From contig NMRA01000074.1 of assembly GCA_002633005.1 (NCBI GenBank), forward strand, positions 361,275-425,274: DNA of 64,000 nt, in the 5' to 3' direction. The notes beneath the pieces are model-generated. The model did no database searches and had not been told where the DNA came from. It saw only the letters and a list, made by a program, of their open reading frames with translations. The first letter of the stretch is position 1. Every line of letters begins with the position of its first letter. Both the position numbers and the translations under genes were made by a program. Positions 1 through 24,100 of the stretch are shown piece after piece. Source of the DNA: Phoronis australis (Eukaryota > Animalia > Phoronida).

Positions 1-1553
1 TGGAAAAACATCAATCTCCCGACCGACCAAAATTAGGCCTTCCGGACGATCGAAAATTCGCCATGAAAACTTGGCCTTGACTTCGAGAAAACAACTTGAG
101 GAGATGCGCACGCATCTAAACTACATCCTGTCCAAATTTCATGTTTGTATTTGAGAGTATAGTGCTCTTTTGGATAGGAGGAACAAGAGGTACTTTTTCG
201 AAAGTTGATCGCATGGCGGAAAATCGTGCGCTAAAAAAAGCTTACAAAAAATGATTTATCAGCGCTAATTTGAGACAAAAAGATTACAAACTCACAAATA
301 AAGACTAAGGTAACGATTCATAACACAAAATTGTCTTATAGTTAACTTTGAAGTCTGAAATCGGGTAATTTACCGACGTGGGTTTTACACGGAGGCAGAT
401 ATGGAGCACCGTGACCTACTTTTTGATTGTCCTCCCTACTAGCTGTGAAGACTGTCGTCAAAATAAAGCCAAAGGTCCCACTGCGTGTATTTCTTCCGTA
501 GACCCCAAAATTGCACGCAGCCAGTGTAGTTCTGCTCGTCACCGCGCCGTGAAACTTGTGTCAACATGTAAAGCTAAAGACCGGACGGTGTGCATGCAAA
601 ATCTGGGAGTCAACCGACACTCACCTTGCCCGTTACAGCCGTTTAAGTGAAAAACAATGCAATAAACGTCATTTTCTTGCGTAACTCTCTGCCTTTTCTA
701 ACAGTAATAAGTATTTTGTCGTTTTGAAAACAGTACGCTCGTGCCACATGCACGCGCCATTTCCTAAATTTTTGCGACATCTCTCAGGAGATGATGATAG
801 CTTGGCAGCAACAAAATTTCTTCTGAAATTCGATTTTTCGGTACCAAAATTCTAAAAACTTTTAATGAAGTGAAACCAGTTCTGATAATTTGTTGTGACG
901 TGTACGCAACCTTGTGAAAGAACAACAGTTGATTGAAGAATCGGCCAATAGGTGACGCAAGATTTCATGGCACCGAAAGCCGTCGCTAAAGATCGCTCCA
1001 CAACTTTAGCAGCTGAATAACGGTAGAACGCCATTTTTGCCAACACCGTTAAATAATTTAATTTACTCAAGGAAGGCTGTAGTTTTTAATGACACCAATT
1101 TTGTGTCAGATTTTATCTTACCACTTTTTTACCCGCATCGGTGCAAAGCTGTATATTTATATCCAGTTTGTACCAAGGCTATGATCAGGCTTGGGTTCAG
1201 TACTCACAGTATAGGATTAGGGAGGACAACGTTTTTTAAATTTTTTTTAATACCCATGTGGACATTTTTGAAAAGCCCTTGGTGTGAGAAATGAAATGGT
1301 GCAAAAATCAGAAAAATTGGGTGAGCAGTTACCGAGAAAATGGCCGTTGAAAGGAGACCATTATGCGTAAAATATCTGCCTTTTTACATAATTTCGTAAA
1401 AAATAAAAGAATATACATGTGTTGCATGTAAAAAAATCTTCTCATTGAGACAAACATGGTGGTGTGTATTATACAAAATTTGGATCGATTTCTACAGGGA
1501 TATTGCTGTTTAAATGTGTTGTTAGCATATAGAACAACTTATCAACCTCATGT
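1..1553. mobile_element. Non-autonomous DNA-transposon-like repeat, family A (left end lies outside the window)
   Basis: 1-~440 is near-identical to 2234-2642. ~530-915 recurs diverged and inverted at ~6700-7100, and ~790-1160 recurs at ~51290-51645. A possible right end CCTCATGT (~1546-1553) is roughly complementary to ACATGAAGG at the start of copy 2. No coding capacity; superfamily not determined. Confidence 0.6.
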
Positions 1554-1668
1554 TTGATGAAAACAATGGATTGCACAGCTTAAAAGGTAAAGAGCAAAAA
1601 ACAACCTATCAGCTCAGAAATAAATACATCTGAGCTTGGAGGAAATTTCACATCAAACCACAAAACAA

Positions 1669-1805
1669 CATTGGTGGATTTGGGGGGGGGCTAGGGGGCC
1701 AGATTTCATTTGGCAGTTTGAGGGTGCAAATATCTTACAGGTAAAATCCTGTGTAATACTCTGCCCTGGCCCCTCTCCTATCTAAAAATCCTAGATCTGC
1801 CCCCG
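1669..1805 (+). mobile_element. hAT-like MITE, family B
   Basis: Ends CATTGGTGGAT...GATCTGCCCCCG with G/C runs and a shared core (ttcatttggcagtt, aaaatcctg, aatactctgccctg). The same core appears at 3405-3512, 51116-51268 and 51726-51895. Confidence 0.65.
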
Positions 1806-1978
1806 AATACTACTACATGGGCAACACATCATGGCCTGACAGGGGGCTGGGGAAGGCTATAGCTCCCCCACTTTTTTCAGTGCTGGGTGCCACCCATGTA
1901 CTACTGTATTAGATCGTATCATAGCAAAAAAACATCAGAAAGTAGACAAAAGAGCATTTGGGAAAACAAATCACTCTT

Positions 1979-2642
1979 AACATGAAGGATTTCATCATTT
2001 ACGCAACGAAAACTCTTTGTAACAACATTATTTCGAACGGTGAAGTTGCGATGCCATTGAACTTCAACGTAGCCACTCATGGCGCTGACGTGCGGCGACT
2101 TAGTGAACCAACGACTGCTGTTTGAAAAGTGCCAATGCGCAGCACTTTGACAGAATTTCTGAAAAAGAAATAATTACCAATTAAAAGAGTGATAAATTCA
2201 TCATCTAAAAATCGGGGGGGCATATTGCGCAACTGGAAAATCATCAATCTCCCGACCGATCAAAATAAGGCCTTCCGGACGATCGAAAACTTGCCATGAA
2301 AACTTGGCCCTGACTTCGAGAAAACAACTTGAGGAGATGCGCACGCATCTAAACTACATCCTGTCCAAATTTCATGTTTGTATTCGAGAGTATAGTGATC
2401 TTTTGGATTGGAGGAACAAGAGGCACTTTTTCGAAAGTTGATCGCATGGCGGAAAACCGTGCGCAAAAAAAAGCTTACAAAAAATGATTTATCAGCGATA
2501 ATTCGAGACGAAAAGATTACAAACTTACAAATAAAGACCAAGGTAACGGTTTATAACACAAAATTGTCTTATAGTTAACTTTGAAGTCTGAAATCGGGTA
2601 ATTTACCGACGTGGGTTTTACATGGAGGCAGATTGTCCTCCT
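1979..2642. mobile_element. Second, truncated copy of repeat family A
   Basis: 2234-2642 aligns by eye with 1-~440 with few substitutions. It carries a ~27-bp deletion between two GAT microhomologies just before the match ends. Confidence 0.7.
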
Positions 2643-3404
2643 TACACAGTAGCCAGTAGGCCTAACGCCACGGAGTAACGCTAAAATCTAGCCAAAGTCA
2701 CATGTTCTCATTTGAAATTCCCCACAATATCTCGTGTAATCTCTTGAAGTCTTGCTTTTTGCGAGGTCTGAACTGTAGACTGGTCTATATTAGGCGCTTC
2801 ATACAGTGATTAAAACATCAAAGTCAATATAAGTACCTTTTGTGCATGAGAGACGCCTTAAGAGCTAGGTCATCTATGAAGTAACATATGAAACAGAAAT
2901 CCCAAGGGGGATTTTTTCTGTGTTACTTAAATGATGGTCACGGGATCACTACTGTGGGCTGCACATCGACATCAAGTGGATCACTGTCACTGCCACTGGT
3001 CGCTTACTATCACGTTTTTAGTTTAGATATTCAAATGCTTAAAGTTGGCTGTCACTTCATCATTCTTCTGTCTGACAACTCCTAAAGCAGACGTCGCTTA
3101 GTGCATGTAATGTCGCGTCCTCTGTGGGAGGATAATTGAATGTCAAGGTCGCAGCTGGAGCCGAACCACGCATTGTCATTTTTAAACGGGAATAGTAAAT
3201 TATGATTAAATACTGGAAAACCTAAACGGCCTGTTTTTTCTTTAGGTTAAGACAATGTTAACGGCCTGTTAACTTGGTCTCATTTTAATGAAATCTGACC
3301 TATATATTACCGGACTGGCTGCAAGTTGACAGGAATCTTGCATTTTTGGAAGAGTGTTGAATTTTAAATATGCGTCCTAGGGACGTACTGCTGCAATGTA
3401 CTTG

Positions 3405-3512
3405 CGCCAGGATTTTGCCCGTCAGATGGCGCACCCCCGAACTGCCAAATAGAATCTGGAAGAGTTTTAAGGGGACCATGGTCTCCTTGGCCCCCCTCTA
3501 AATCCGCCACTG
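3405..3512 (-). mobile_element. hAT-like MITE, family B (partial, inverted)
   Basis: ccaggattttgcccgt...cccccgaactgccaaat...aaatccgccactg is the reverse complement of the family B core and CAGTGGCGGAT terminus. Confidence 0.65.
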
Positions 3513-3780
3513 GAGTATCTGGATCAAAAATCGGGGATCCATCTATCGGACTACTACCAGAAAACCACATTGACTATGAAAAATCAGGTTCACTAGTTAG
3601 GTCTCACGCAACGTATTTCATTGTACTGTGCCAAGCTATATCTATGGTGGACAGTGCCACCGTCTCGACTAGCTGTAGGGACGGTGGCAATCCCGGAGGC
3701 TCTTCATACACCAGACGCTTTTCGACGAATTATGCCTCCGATAAAGCCATCAACCAAATTACTACAAGTACCTTTTGCAT

Positions 3781-3961
3781 ATAGAGGGACTCCTTAGGAG
3801 GTTGTTGATGTCTTTTATTCCTTCCAATTCGAACAAATATTCTTGTAAAAGCAGTCCTTTGTTCAGTTTCCCAAATCGGCAACTGGTCATTTTTACACTG
3901 CTCGTGCCAAGGGATATGATATCATCTCTCCTGGTGAGAGCAGTGCAAGGAGTCCCTCTAT
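3781..3961. mobile_element. ~180-bp MITE with a perfect 15-bp terminal inverted repeat
   Basis: ATAGAGGGACTCCTT (3781-3795) pairs with AAGGAGTCCCTCTAT (3947-3961). The outer AT may be a 2-bp TSD, which would suggest ISL2EU/Harbinger (inference). A similar end, agggctccttaggagg, occurs near 24175. Confidence 0.65.
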
Positions 3962-5433
3962 GCGCCATGGTACTTATAGCAACGGGACTTTGATAGTTTA
4001 ATCAGTGTAAAACATAATTCGCGGAAAATCTTGTGGCATATGAAGGGCCTAAGGGATGGCCACCGTCTCTACTGTCTGTACTGTACAGCTGATGACAGCC
4101 AACCACTCCAGCTTCAGCAGCAGTCTTGACATGACAGGCCAGATTCACCTGGCCCTCTGGTGGTGACTATGTAGGACATACAGTTTACTATTATAATGAA
4201 CAAATCACAAGACAGCGGCTGGTCGAGGATGAATGATGTTGACGGTTGCAACATCTTTAAAAATGAAATACAGTGACGTCTTTTCTATCCAGAAGTTTTT
4301 GTATCTGTGACAAGTTTTGCGATTTTCTCATTTCTAGCCATTGCATTTGGTTGAAGCGCTTGTCAATCATTCACGAGGCAGTGGCCCATATGCACAGCAC
4401 ATCCTACTTCATAATGGACTTTTGAAGATTTTCTTCAAATAATGCTTAACCTTGGCTTAGTTGTGAAAGTCAAATTTTTATGTGTGCCTTTTAAGTGTAG
4501 GTGAGCACCTTAGGAATTGGATATTGTTGGAGTCCTTAAATCCTTCCAGCTTGAACAAAAACTCTCGTAATTAACATTTTTTCAAAACAAGTAGTCCTCC
4601 ATTCAGTCAATGAAATTAAAGGTTGGATTCCTGTTATATTCAATGTTCTTGAGGTCAAACAGAAACATACAGAGGGTTATGGGGAGGTCACCCGTCTGCA
4701 TATCATGCTGAGAGGAGACAGCACAGGCAGGGATCCTGTCTAGTTGATCACCCTGTGATTGGTTGCTTCCTGAACTGCATTTGGGTTCATTCATTGACAG
4801 TGATGATTTACCCTTTACTGGTGCATCACGTAGTTATGAGATTGAGATCTTTGTGAGATATCCAAGAGGTATAATTATGGCTGCATAAAAAGCACTGGAA
4901 GTCCTTATAAGGCACAAGAGTTATGTTCTAAAAAGAGCGGGATAGGCTCCTGTGCTTGGGATAGGGTTGGTGACCCTCTTGTGTTTTTATAGTTATCGCT
5001 GGCAATAACTTTTATGGACGATTTATTGAAAGCCTCATGCACAGGGATATATATCAAGTTGCCAGCCCAAAGTTAGGTTGCCAAGTTTTTAAACATTGTT
5101 AATTATAGTATGCTTTTCAGTAATCATTTCACATTTGTGCATCTGATAATTTGCTGCCAAACATTGATCAAAAATTGTTTGTTTCTTAGGCAAATGTTAC
5201 CAGGTTTTCAGCTGAGTTAGTTAGAATTCCTATCCTACCCAAAAATTGACAAACTTATTCTGCTTGATAAAAAAATTGTTATTAAAATCAAAACTATTAT
5301 ATTTGTAAAAAAAGCGCACGTGCACAATTTTATTCTGCTGTTTTTTACTCTACGGTTGAATTGTAAAGGTGGTGTATGTGGATGGAGTCATTAGAATCTC
5401 GCTGTACAAAACTGTTTATTGTTTTGTTTGCAG

Positions 5434-10091
<4,658 letters not shown>

Positions 10092-11774
10092 GGACAGTGT
10101 ATGGTGTTAGAAGATCTGATGGAGTTCAACTCTGGAGAATGAGTTGCACAAAACAAGTTGTGGTTCATATAGAGCAGAGTGCCAACTGTGGATTGTATGC
10201 AGAGTGCAACTTGTGGATTGTATTGCGCTCCGCAAGCTAGTTGACATTACTATACATTATCTAATTACTGACTGCGCACATCGTCGTATTTATGAAATAA
10301 TGGTTTCATCTGGGGATCAGGATAGACTGAAAAGAGTGCCATTGAACTTTGCATTGTGGGAAATAGTTAAGTCAAACATGATTAATCACATTGCACAAAA
10401 AATTACTCAAAACTTAGCATTCAATTGACCAATTTTTTAGTCCAGCCTTGAGTAAAGTTTGTGATCACAGTCCCTCAATTGACAGAATCGTATCCCGCAA
10501 GCCTATGCTTTGCAACGCATGCACACCACGGGTCCTTATCTGTGAAATGGTCAGTTATCTGAGTACGTGTCATGAGGCTTCTTAGATCCTCATGGTAAAT
10601 TAAAACATATTGTAAGCGGACCTCTCAACAACAGACAAGTCAGTGGCAGCTCCTGAGGTCAGCTTTTTTGTATTCGATTTGGCAGCATTCACTGTTGTTA
10701 CAAGACGCGCATTTACGTCTGGGAGTATTTGATGGATCTTTATGCTCTAGCAGCATGAAACCCTTAGCTTTCACATGTCTAGCTTTTAATCCAGTATACA
10801 GCACTTGATCGTGTGGGTAAAAACATGGCAGAAACTAGACAGTGCCATTGTCATTTTACTCAATTGACGAAGAACTGCATAGACTCCAAAGCTGGGGATT
10901 TTAAGTGTTTTGTGGCGCTTGAGAAAAAAGGTTCATTTTATACCCTACCTGCTTTTCATTTTACCCCTCCAGTCTCGACCAATAATATCAATTCATGTTT
11001 GGTTTAAAGTGCAGACACGCAGTCTATGGTTTATAGCAGGTATCACATCTATGGTAGTTAATTTATTTAGGGCACATTATGGCTAACAAGTAAAGTTCTT
11101 TTTGTCAAATTTCTTCACAGAAATATTAAAGATTTCAAACATTTTAGTTTATTACAAGCATGGTTTGCTGCGTGTGGGTGTCATAAAACAATGTTTGCTA
11201 AAGTTCCCATTATTTTCAAAAAGTTGATCGGCCATTGAAAAATGGAAATGATGGACTATTTTGGCAATATACTGTTTTTGTGTGAAATAAGTCAAGAATT
11301 TCATGTTTCTTCAGCTCTCCACTTGGTGGAGCTGTGGCCAGCAGATTTTATTTGAGCAAGATAACTTATAAATCTTGGCAAGCGTTATTTCAAGAGGGGT
11401 ACTTAAAACGACATGTATTTTGGGGTTTTCACTAATAGGAAGCTCAGTACTTAGTTCATGTTTGGGAATATTTAAATGTGACCTAGCTGGGTTGAATTTG
11501 TTTTTGGTTAGAGGAAGATTGTTAAACTATACGTTTGCCATTTTTCCTATACTGTTGTTTAAAAATAAACATTCTTTGTGTATATAACACTTTGTTTTTG
11601 TTTAATTAAGTGAGAATAAGACGCTTTCTACTGGAGATGTTTTGGTTTACCAATAGTACTTTTTGTGCTCCATGATACTTGCTTTTTAGCACTTTACAGA
11701 TTTTTTGGCAAACTTTTCAATCATATTATTTGATTTGGCATATTGACAGGTGTTGGGCAAAAAACAAGAAATTT

Positions 11775-12779
11775 AACAAGAGCAACACGAAGCGTTGAAA
11801 TGCGCCTATGAATGCATAGCAAATGGTGTGCTTTTAGGTTTATTTGTATCATAAAAATGGCCATTAGATGGCGCAAAAACATACAATCCAAAAACAGGAA
11901 CATGCCATATTTCATAAAAATCTGTTCAAGGAACTTCAGAGAAACAAAGGAAAATGGAATAAAATGAAATTGCCACTAGTGGGCCCAGTGTCCGTTGGAT
12001 CTGACTGAAAGTCGTCTGTTGTTATCTTCATATAAATACACTTACTAAATTTAGTAAATATCCTGCAGTGGCTTTAAGGGATACAACTATGGGCGCAAAA
12101 CAAAACTACCACTAGGAGGCGCCACAGTAGTAAGTCACCATCACCAAAGGTCATCTTCAAATTGAGAACATATATGCCAATTTTCAAATGATTTGGTTGA
12201 TACAGCGGTGGACACCAAAAACAAGATTTGAAAGCAGCAAAAATGGCCACTAGGTGGGGCAAAATACCTCCATTCCACCCAAAAACAAAAAGGTAGCGTC
12301 ATCACACCAATAGATGGATATATTTAAAGTTTTATGAAAATCTGTTGAGGACCTTTGAACATACTGAGTTAAACGTAAAAAACTAAAATTGCCACTAGGG
12401 GGCACAGCAGTAGTCAGATCTGTCCGAAAGTCGTCGTCATCCGTAGTCAACATCATATAAATACACTTGCTAAATTAAGTAAAGATCCTGCGAATGGTTT
12501 AGGAGATACAGCCATACGCGCAACTTAAACAGAACTGCCACTAGGAGGCGCCACAGTAGTCAAAATCATCGGAAAATCATTGACAACTGTCCTCTTTATA
12601 GTAAGCACATACAGGCCAATTTTCACAATCATCCTTTGAGTGGGACATATGTGCCAAATTTCATGAACGTATGTCAAAGGGTATTGGAGATAGAGCAGCG
12701 GACGCCAGACGCACGCCGTCCGGACGGACGGAGATGACGGCATAATGCGTCCACATATAAATATGTGGGCGCATAAAAA
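11775..12779 (+). mobile_element. Helentron-associated non-autonomous element (HINE/pearl-like) with internal tandem subrepeats
   Basis: Starts AACAAGAG. Subterminal IR atgcgcc (~11800) pairs with ggcgcat (~12768). Internal duplicated ~400-bp blocks, a GACG/GGAC microsatellite at ~12700-12735, and a 3' hairpin atgcgtccacatat-aa-atatgtgggcgcat followed by an A-run. Confidence 0.7.
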
Positions 12780-14112
12780 TGAATTTGCTCTCATTTCACT
12801 ACAATAAACTGAAGTATTTACATTATAACTAAAAACCAATGTTGAGTTGGATCGTCTGTTCATATTCTTTATTACATAACTTCACTTATAAATTAACTGT
12901 TTTAGTAACTCGAAATGTGAAATGACTATGCCCATCCTGATTTCTTTAATGAAATTTCATTTCAAAACACCCATGCTCGGCTTCATACACCCCACCCCTT
13001 ATTGAAATTTTCAAATTCTGCCACTAGCATTAACCAGTTGAGGACAGTAATTTCCTGGACTGTGTAAAAGCAAATATTCTTTACATCATTAGTTGAATGC
13101 TCGGTAGAAAACTTCTGGAACCAATCTGATGAAACGAACCATCCTGTCCTTAAATCTTGTCATAATACAACTCCATTGTGACTGACCGTCCCCAGTCGCC
13201 AGCACACCTACTTGTGATGATCGAAATTCCTGAGCAAACCATAAGTCTTTGTTTGGCAGATAAGATAAACACAAGGTGATGGCATTAATATAAGAGTTAT
13301 CTAACAAATCAAGTTTTCATTACTTTACTCTTTTACAAATGTTGATGGTACTGTGTGCCAGAACAAATCGGCACTCCTGACAAAATGTACGGTAATCCAT
13401 GAAAGCCTTCCTTGAACAGATATTTGTTGTATAATTCTGGATGCATTGGACCATACAAATACATGTACCCCTAATGATACTTTAGCAACACCAGAAATCA
13501 CAATTCAAACACTCAAATGCAGACATGTCCTACTGCTTCACCATGATAAAATGGCAAACAAACTACAGCCGAGAGCAGTAGTTTTGAACATTCGCTGGAT
13601 ATGTTGGTCGCAGCTGTTTGAATCAACTGAGAATTGTGATTTTTTTCTCTTTTTTTGGTCAGTTACTGTAATGCTAGGGTTCAGTAATGGCCCTTTGATG
13701 TTCCTTTGTTTACCAATGTTAACTGCAGCGAGCCCTCTTCAGGGTTCTTCTTTGACATTGCTGGTGATAAGGCTGTGGAGCATGAGCTTGGGGCAATATT
13801 TCGTTTGTCAGCCTTAGAGTGCAGACGTAGTAGATCGTCCCTGAAACTTCATAAGAGTTTTCACTGACTCTGGCCAAACACGGCCATACATCGCAACCTA
13901 TTTCTGTTCCTAAACCAAGATTTTAGGCGCATCTGACTAGTGTCTTGTGTTACAGAATCATTTACAGTCTAGTTGTTTTCTTGAACCTATGACAACATAG
14001 TTAAAGTTAACAGTCTGACTCACACCATTACACCCTTGCCTTCCCAACACTTTCAGACAATGTGTGACCAACTCAAAGAAGAAATCCAGCGAAAACTGAT
14101 TTTTTAAAAACA

Positions 14113-20265
<6,153 letters not shown>

Positions 20266-20414
20266 TTCTGGACGCAATTTCAATCCACAACAGAGGGCGT
20301 AACGGAGACCGGATATCCGTGTTGTGGACGGTTTCGATGTTTGGCGCGCGTTATTTGGGTTTCAATCTTCAGTAAATTGAAGAAAAAAATACCACAAAAT
20401 AATAGATTTTGACG
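20266..20414. promoter_or_regulatory. Compact bidirectional promoter/5' UTR region between SREK1IP1 and MIS12
   Basis: Divergent ATGs at 20265 (-) and 20415 (+). The interval is CpG-rich (ggcgcgcg, ccgg) relative to its flanks. TSS positions are inferred. Confidence 0.7.
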
Positions 20415-21137
20415 ATGGATTCGAAATCCTCTAGTACAGACCTCAGAGAAACTAGCCAAAGTATAGATAATAGTGGTGATGGAGTGCTTTGTGAACAGGA
20501 ATACGAGACGCAATATTTTGGATTCACTCCGAAGTCGTTCTGCGATGGTGTTTACAATGCGGTTATTGAGTATGTGTTCGACGACCTGGAACTTGTCCAA
20601 AAATATATTAAGCAGGAATTTCCTGACATGATGAGCGAGGAGTTGCTTCGTAAAGCTTCTGAGGATATGCTGCTTACTTTCGTCAAGTCATTCGATAAGG
20701 CATTCGACAAGTTGGAAGTTTATCTAATGTCGAACATTTTACATATACCAAACAATGTTGTTCTTCCAGAGGACACTGTACACACAAAGCAGAATTTTAC
20801 CGAAGAGGAAGAAGATAAGGTTGATGCAGAAATAACAGAATTGCGTCAAAAAGTCAAGTACACAAAATATCTCAATGCTCGTCTAAAACGTGAATTACTG
20901 GAAACGGACAAAATCACAACAGAATACGAATCTCTTTTGAAACGGCTGCAAACTCTGGAGAAAGTCACCTGTGAGTCTGGTGTCATTGAACTGAAAGAAT
21001 CGCTGATGTTCACCGTGTCAAAAGCCAAGAAACTGCAAGAAATTCTGCAAGCCTTGCAACCCATTACTGCAAAACGAGCAAATGTATCTGCAGAAGAGAA
21101 AATGGAAACACTAGCAAAGAGAATAAAACGTAATTGA
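20415..21137 (+). CDS. MIS12: Kinetochore protein Mis12, intronless CDS, 240 aa from the first ATG
   Basis: YETQYFGFTP, FDKLEVYLMSNILHIPNNVVLPED and a C-terminal coiled coil match the Mis12 family (recalled human YEAQFFGFTP...ILRIPSNILLPED). The ORF track starts at a TTG at 20409; the first ATG is at 20415. Confidence 0.93.
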   Translation: MDSKSSSTDLRETSQSIDNSGDGVLCEQEYETQYFGFTPKSFCDGVYNAVIEYVFDDLELVQKYIKQEFPDMMSEELLRKASEDMLLTFVKSFDKAFDKLEVYLMSNILHIPNNVVLPEDTVHTKQNFTEEEEDKVDAEITELRQKVKYTKYLNARLKRELLETDKITTEYESLLKRLQTLEKVTCESGVIELKESLMFTVSKAKKLQEILQALQPITAKRANVSAEEKMETLAKRIKRN

Positions 21138-24100
21138 TTTGTATCTCAATAGCTTTGACTAAATCAATGTTACTGTGAACTTTCACGATCGTGATTACAT
21201 TGATACAAAATTACAAACTGTCAGTTGTTTTATCCTCATTCTAGTGCACATGGCAGTTATTGGTCTGTTAATCGTGTGTGGTATTTATGTACTCAATGAA
21301 AGGGATTTTATTGAGCGAAACGCATCATCAGATGGAACATAACACTGTAATGTTTTGAAAATAATCTAATTATAAATTATAACAACTTGGACCCATCATT
21401 CAAAATTCAATTACTGATACAATTATTCTAAGGAAGTGCGTCACATTCTGCGATAAAAGTACATGTGGTATACATGTTACGATCATTTGCAAATTCAATA
21501 TCCAACAATTTTAAATTTGATTTATTGATCAAGCTCTTTTTATGGCTTCCATCTTAGAGTTCAACTGAGGTATCAAGCTCCTAGCTGTTTCTTTGTAACA
21601 ATTGTCAGTAACATCTTAGGGTGAAATCTCGCTAAGTTAGGACACATGTGGCTGACAGCTGAAATTTAATTTTGTTTCTCATTGTGTCCTATGAAATACA
21701 TTACATCAAATTACTGTGCTCAAGTTTTCTATGATATTTGCCATCACCCAAAATTTTGAAAACTTCCAGACACTTCCAACAATGGAAGAACATCTTGAAA
21801 AATGAGAAAAGGGCAATTTCGCAATTATTTTTGTTCGCATTTGGTGTGATTTTACGATAATTTTTAATTGTCCTTGAAATTTTATCAGCATGTCTACATT
21901 TAGCAAAACATCTACAAATAGACTAAGAAAAAAAATAAGTTGTTCGTATTTCCCAAATAGCCTTCACCGTGGGGGCTCTTTAGGAAAAAAGAACTGAAAA
22001 AGCATCCATGGAGGCTTTTTCAGGATCTTCTTGCATGCCTGTTACCGGACATGTGCATATGGCAAATGGGCCAAGATGTCCTCTTTTCCTCAGTTTGAGT
22101 CTTTAAAGTTAAAATAGTTCACGTTTACTGGGGTCCTCGCCTTACTGATCTCATTGAAGTAAAACTGCCGACAAAGTGAAATATTGGGGGTTTTTTCACG
22201 TCAATGACCGGTCTGGATTCCTGGGTCTTTAGCTCACGTTTTAAATGAAAGCCTATTAATTGTCGAAAAATAAACGTTTTCGCCGCTCTTTAGCTTGTGG
22301 TAAGTACAAGGGCACAAGAATTAAAAGCTTCGTCCTGTTTTGCGTGCTTTTTTTGAAAAGCTGCACAAATGCCCGTAAACAAGGGCGAGTATGGTTTGAA
22401 ATGCCATTAATTGGCGAGTGATGAGTTAAAAAAAGAACCAAATCCTGCATCGTTTTTGTTCGTCTCGGTGGATTTTCTGTTTTGAAAAAGCGAGTAGCTC
22501 AAAATAACACACAACTGATCCGATTTTCAAAAAAACGGGACCAGAACCAATCCTGCTTCTTTGCCTATTTTCAATACGATTTTCTGTCATGCAGCTGTCA
22601 AATCCAACTTCCGTGTCCAGTGGCGGATCTACGTTTTCAGTAATGGGGAGGGGGTTAAGGATTCTCGCAAAGGTCGAATCCGAGGCGCGTGGCAAACTGA
22701 AATTTCCATGCATCCTGGTACGTTTCTGGCACTTAAAATGTCCCTGGAGTTTTTCTTAAGATAATTAAAAACCCTTTTCGATTTTGTCACATGAACTTGG
22801 CTCATAAGTTTCGTGAAACCATATTTGTGCACATCTGGGTATGAGTCACACCACCAGCAAAAATTTTTGTTGGAACATCTGCTTACACGCACCTTTTTAG
22901 CATACGAAAAAGTGTGGTGTGTAAACAGGGGTTTAGACAACTTCCAAATATTCAAGAGCATAAGGAGCACCGACGGGGCGTAAAAACTTGAATATCAGAT
23001 GATCGCAACAGCCTCAAGCTGTTTAAGAACAAAGACCTGTACTGTTAGTCCGGAAATAAACATATGTTCTGTCTCGTTACGAGAAAAACTGGCGAACAAT
23101 AGTGGTCTCAGCTGATAGTCTATTATTCAAAACGACAATAAATAATTAAGTATCACTTTATTAAGCTGAACCACGTTGACAACAATTGAAAAACGTCAAA
23201 TGTATCATGAAACAAATCATCTGAAAACAGTTTCACGAAACCAAAACATTCTGTACACCGTGGTGAAAAGACATACAGGACCAGTTCGCAGAGGGACCAG
23301 ATTTACACTGACAGTACACAAAAACTCGGTCGTGGTACGTCACGAGACCAAAAGTACACCTGTGCTTATTATCCCTATAAAAATAGTCGATCTGTCGAGG
23401 GACCAAACAGTACTGGCTGAGATAAATAGTTTTTCAAAACACACTTTGGTGAAAAAACATCACAAGACTAGTTCACCGAGGGACCAGAAGTACACTGAAA
23501 CTCGATATCTACACAAATCAAGCTGACCTGGTCCGTCGCGAGATCTAAAGCGTACTTTGCAAAAACTTTTGAATTGAAAACTTCTCTCTAGACAATTTTT
23601 AATCCCCAGTGGTTGCTCATACGTGTAGTTTACACATCTGGTGGTCAACTGCTGCGAGAGGTTGTCTAGGAAGGGTTTTCGCACCGTTCTGTGGTACTCA
23701 TTGGAGGAAACAAGTGTTGAGTACAGATTTAACTACGCACTACGTGAAATAGATTTTGGATATGATGCAGATAGACTCAAGTGGAAATACAAACCNACTT
23801 CGTCAACTGCTGTGTCAATGAGCTTGTATGCCTCAATGTCAGCATCTCGTTTCGCAACTCAGTTGGCACTAAGCCCGCTGAGGTTACCAAGTCCATTCAA
23901 AAGACTTACAGCATGCGCAACTTAATTTGATCCGTTCATCATGGACTACTTCAAACCTTGACAATGTATCCCAGGACCCATTTGCATCTCTTGCAATTTT
24001 CGAAATAAACGTTCCAAATGTCTGAACGCTTGAAACCCGAAGTACTAACATCAAATAAATGCCCATGGGCATGGGCGTTTCGTCGAGTTTGCCTTTCTGT

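Noticed and set aside
3286-3315. MKSDLYITG as SMIM7 exon 1
   Set aside because: There is no GT donor at the required phase-2 position.
20280-21064. Antisense ORFs over MIS12 (likewise over SREK1IP1 and the GPCR)
   Set aside because: They are shadow frames of real coding sequence.
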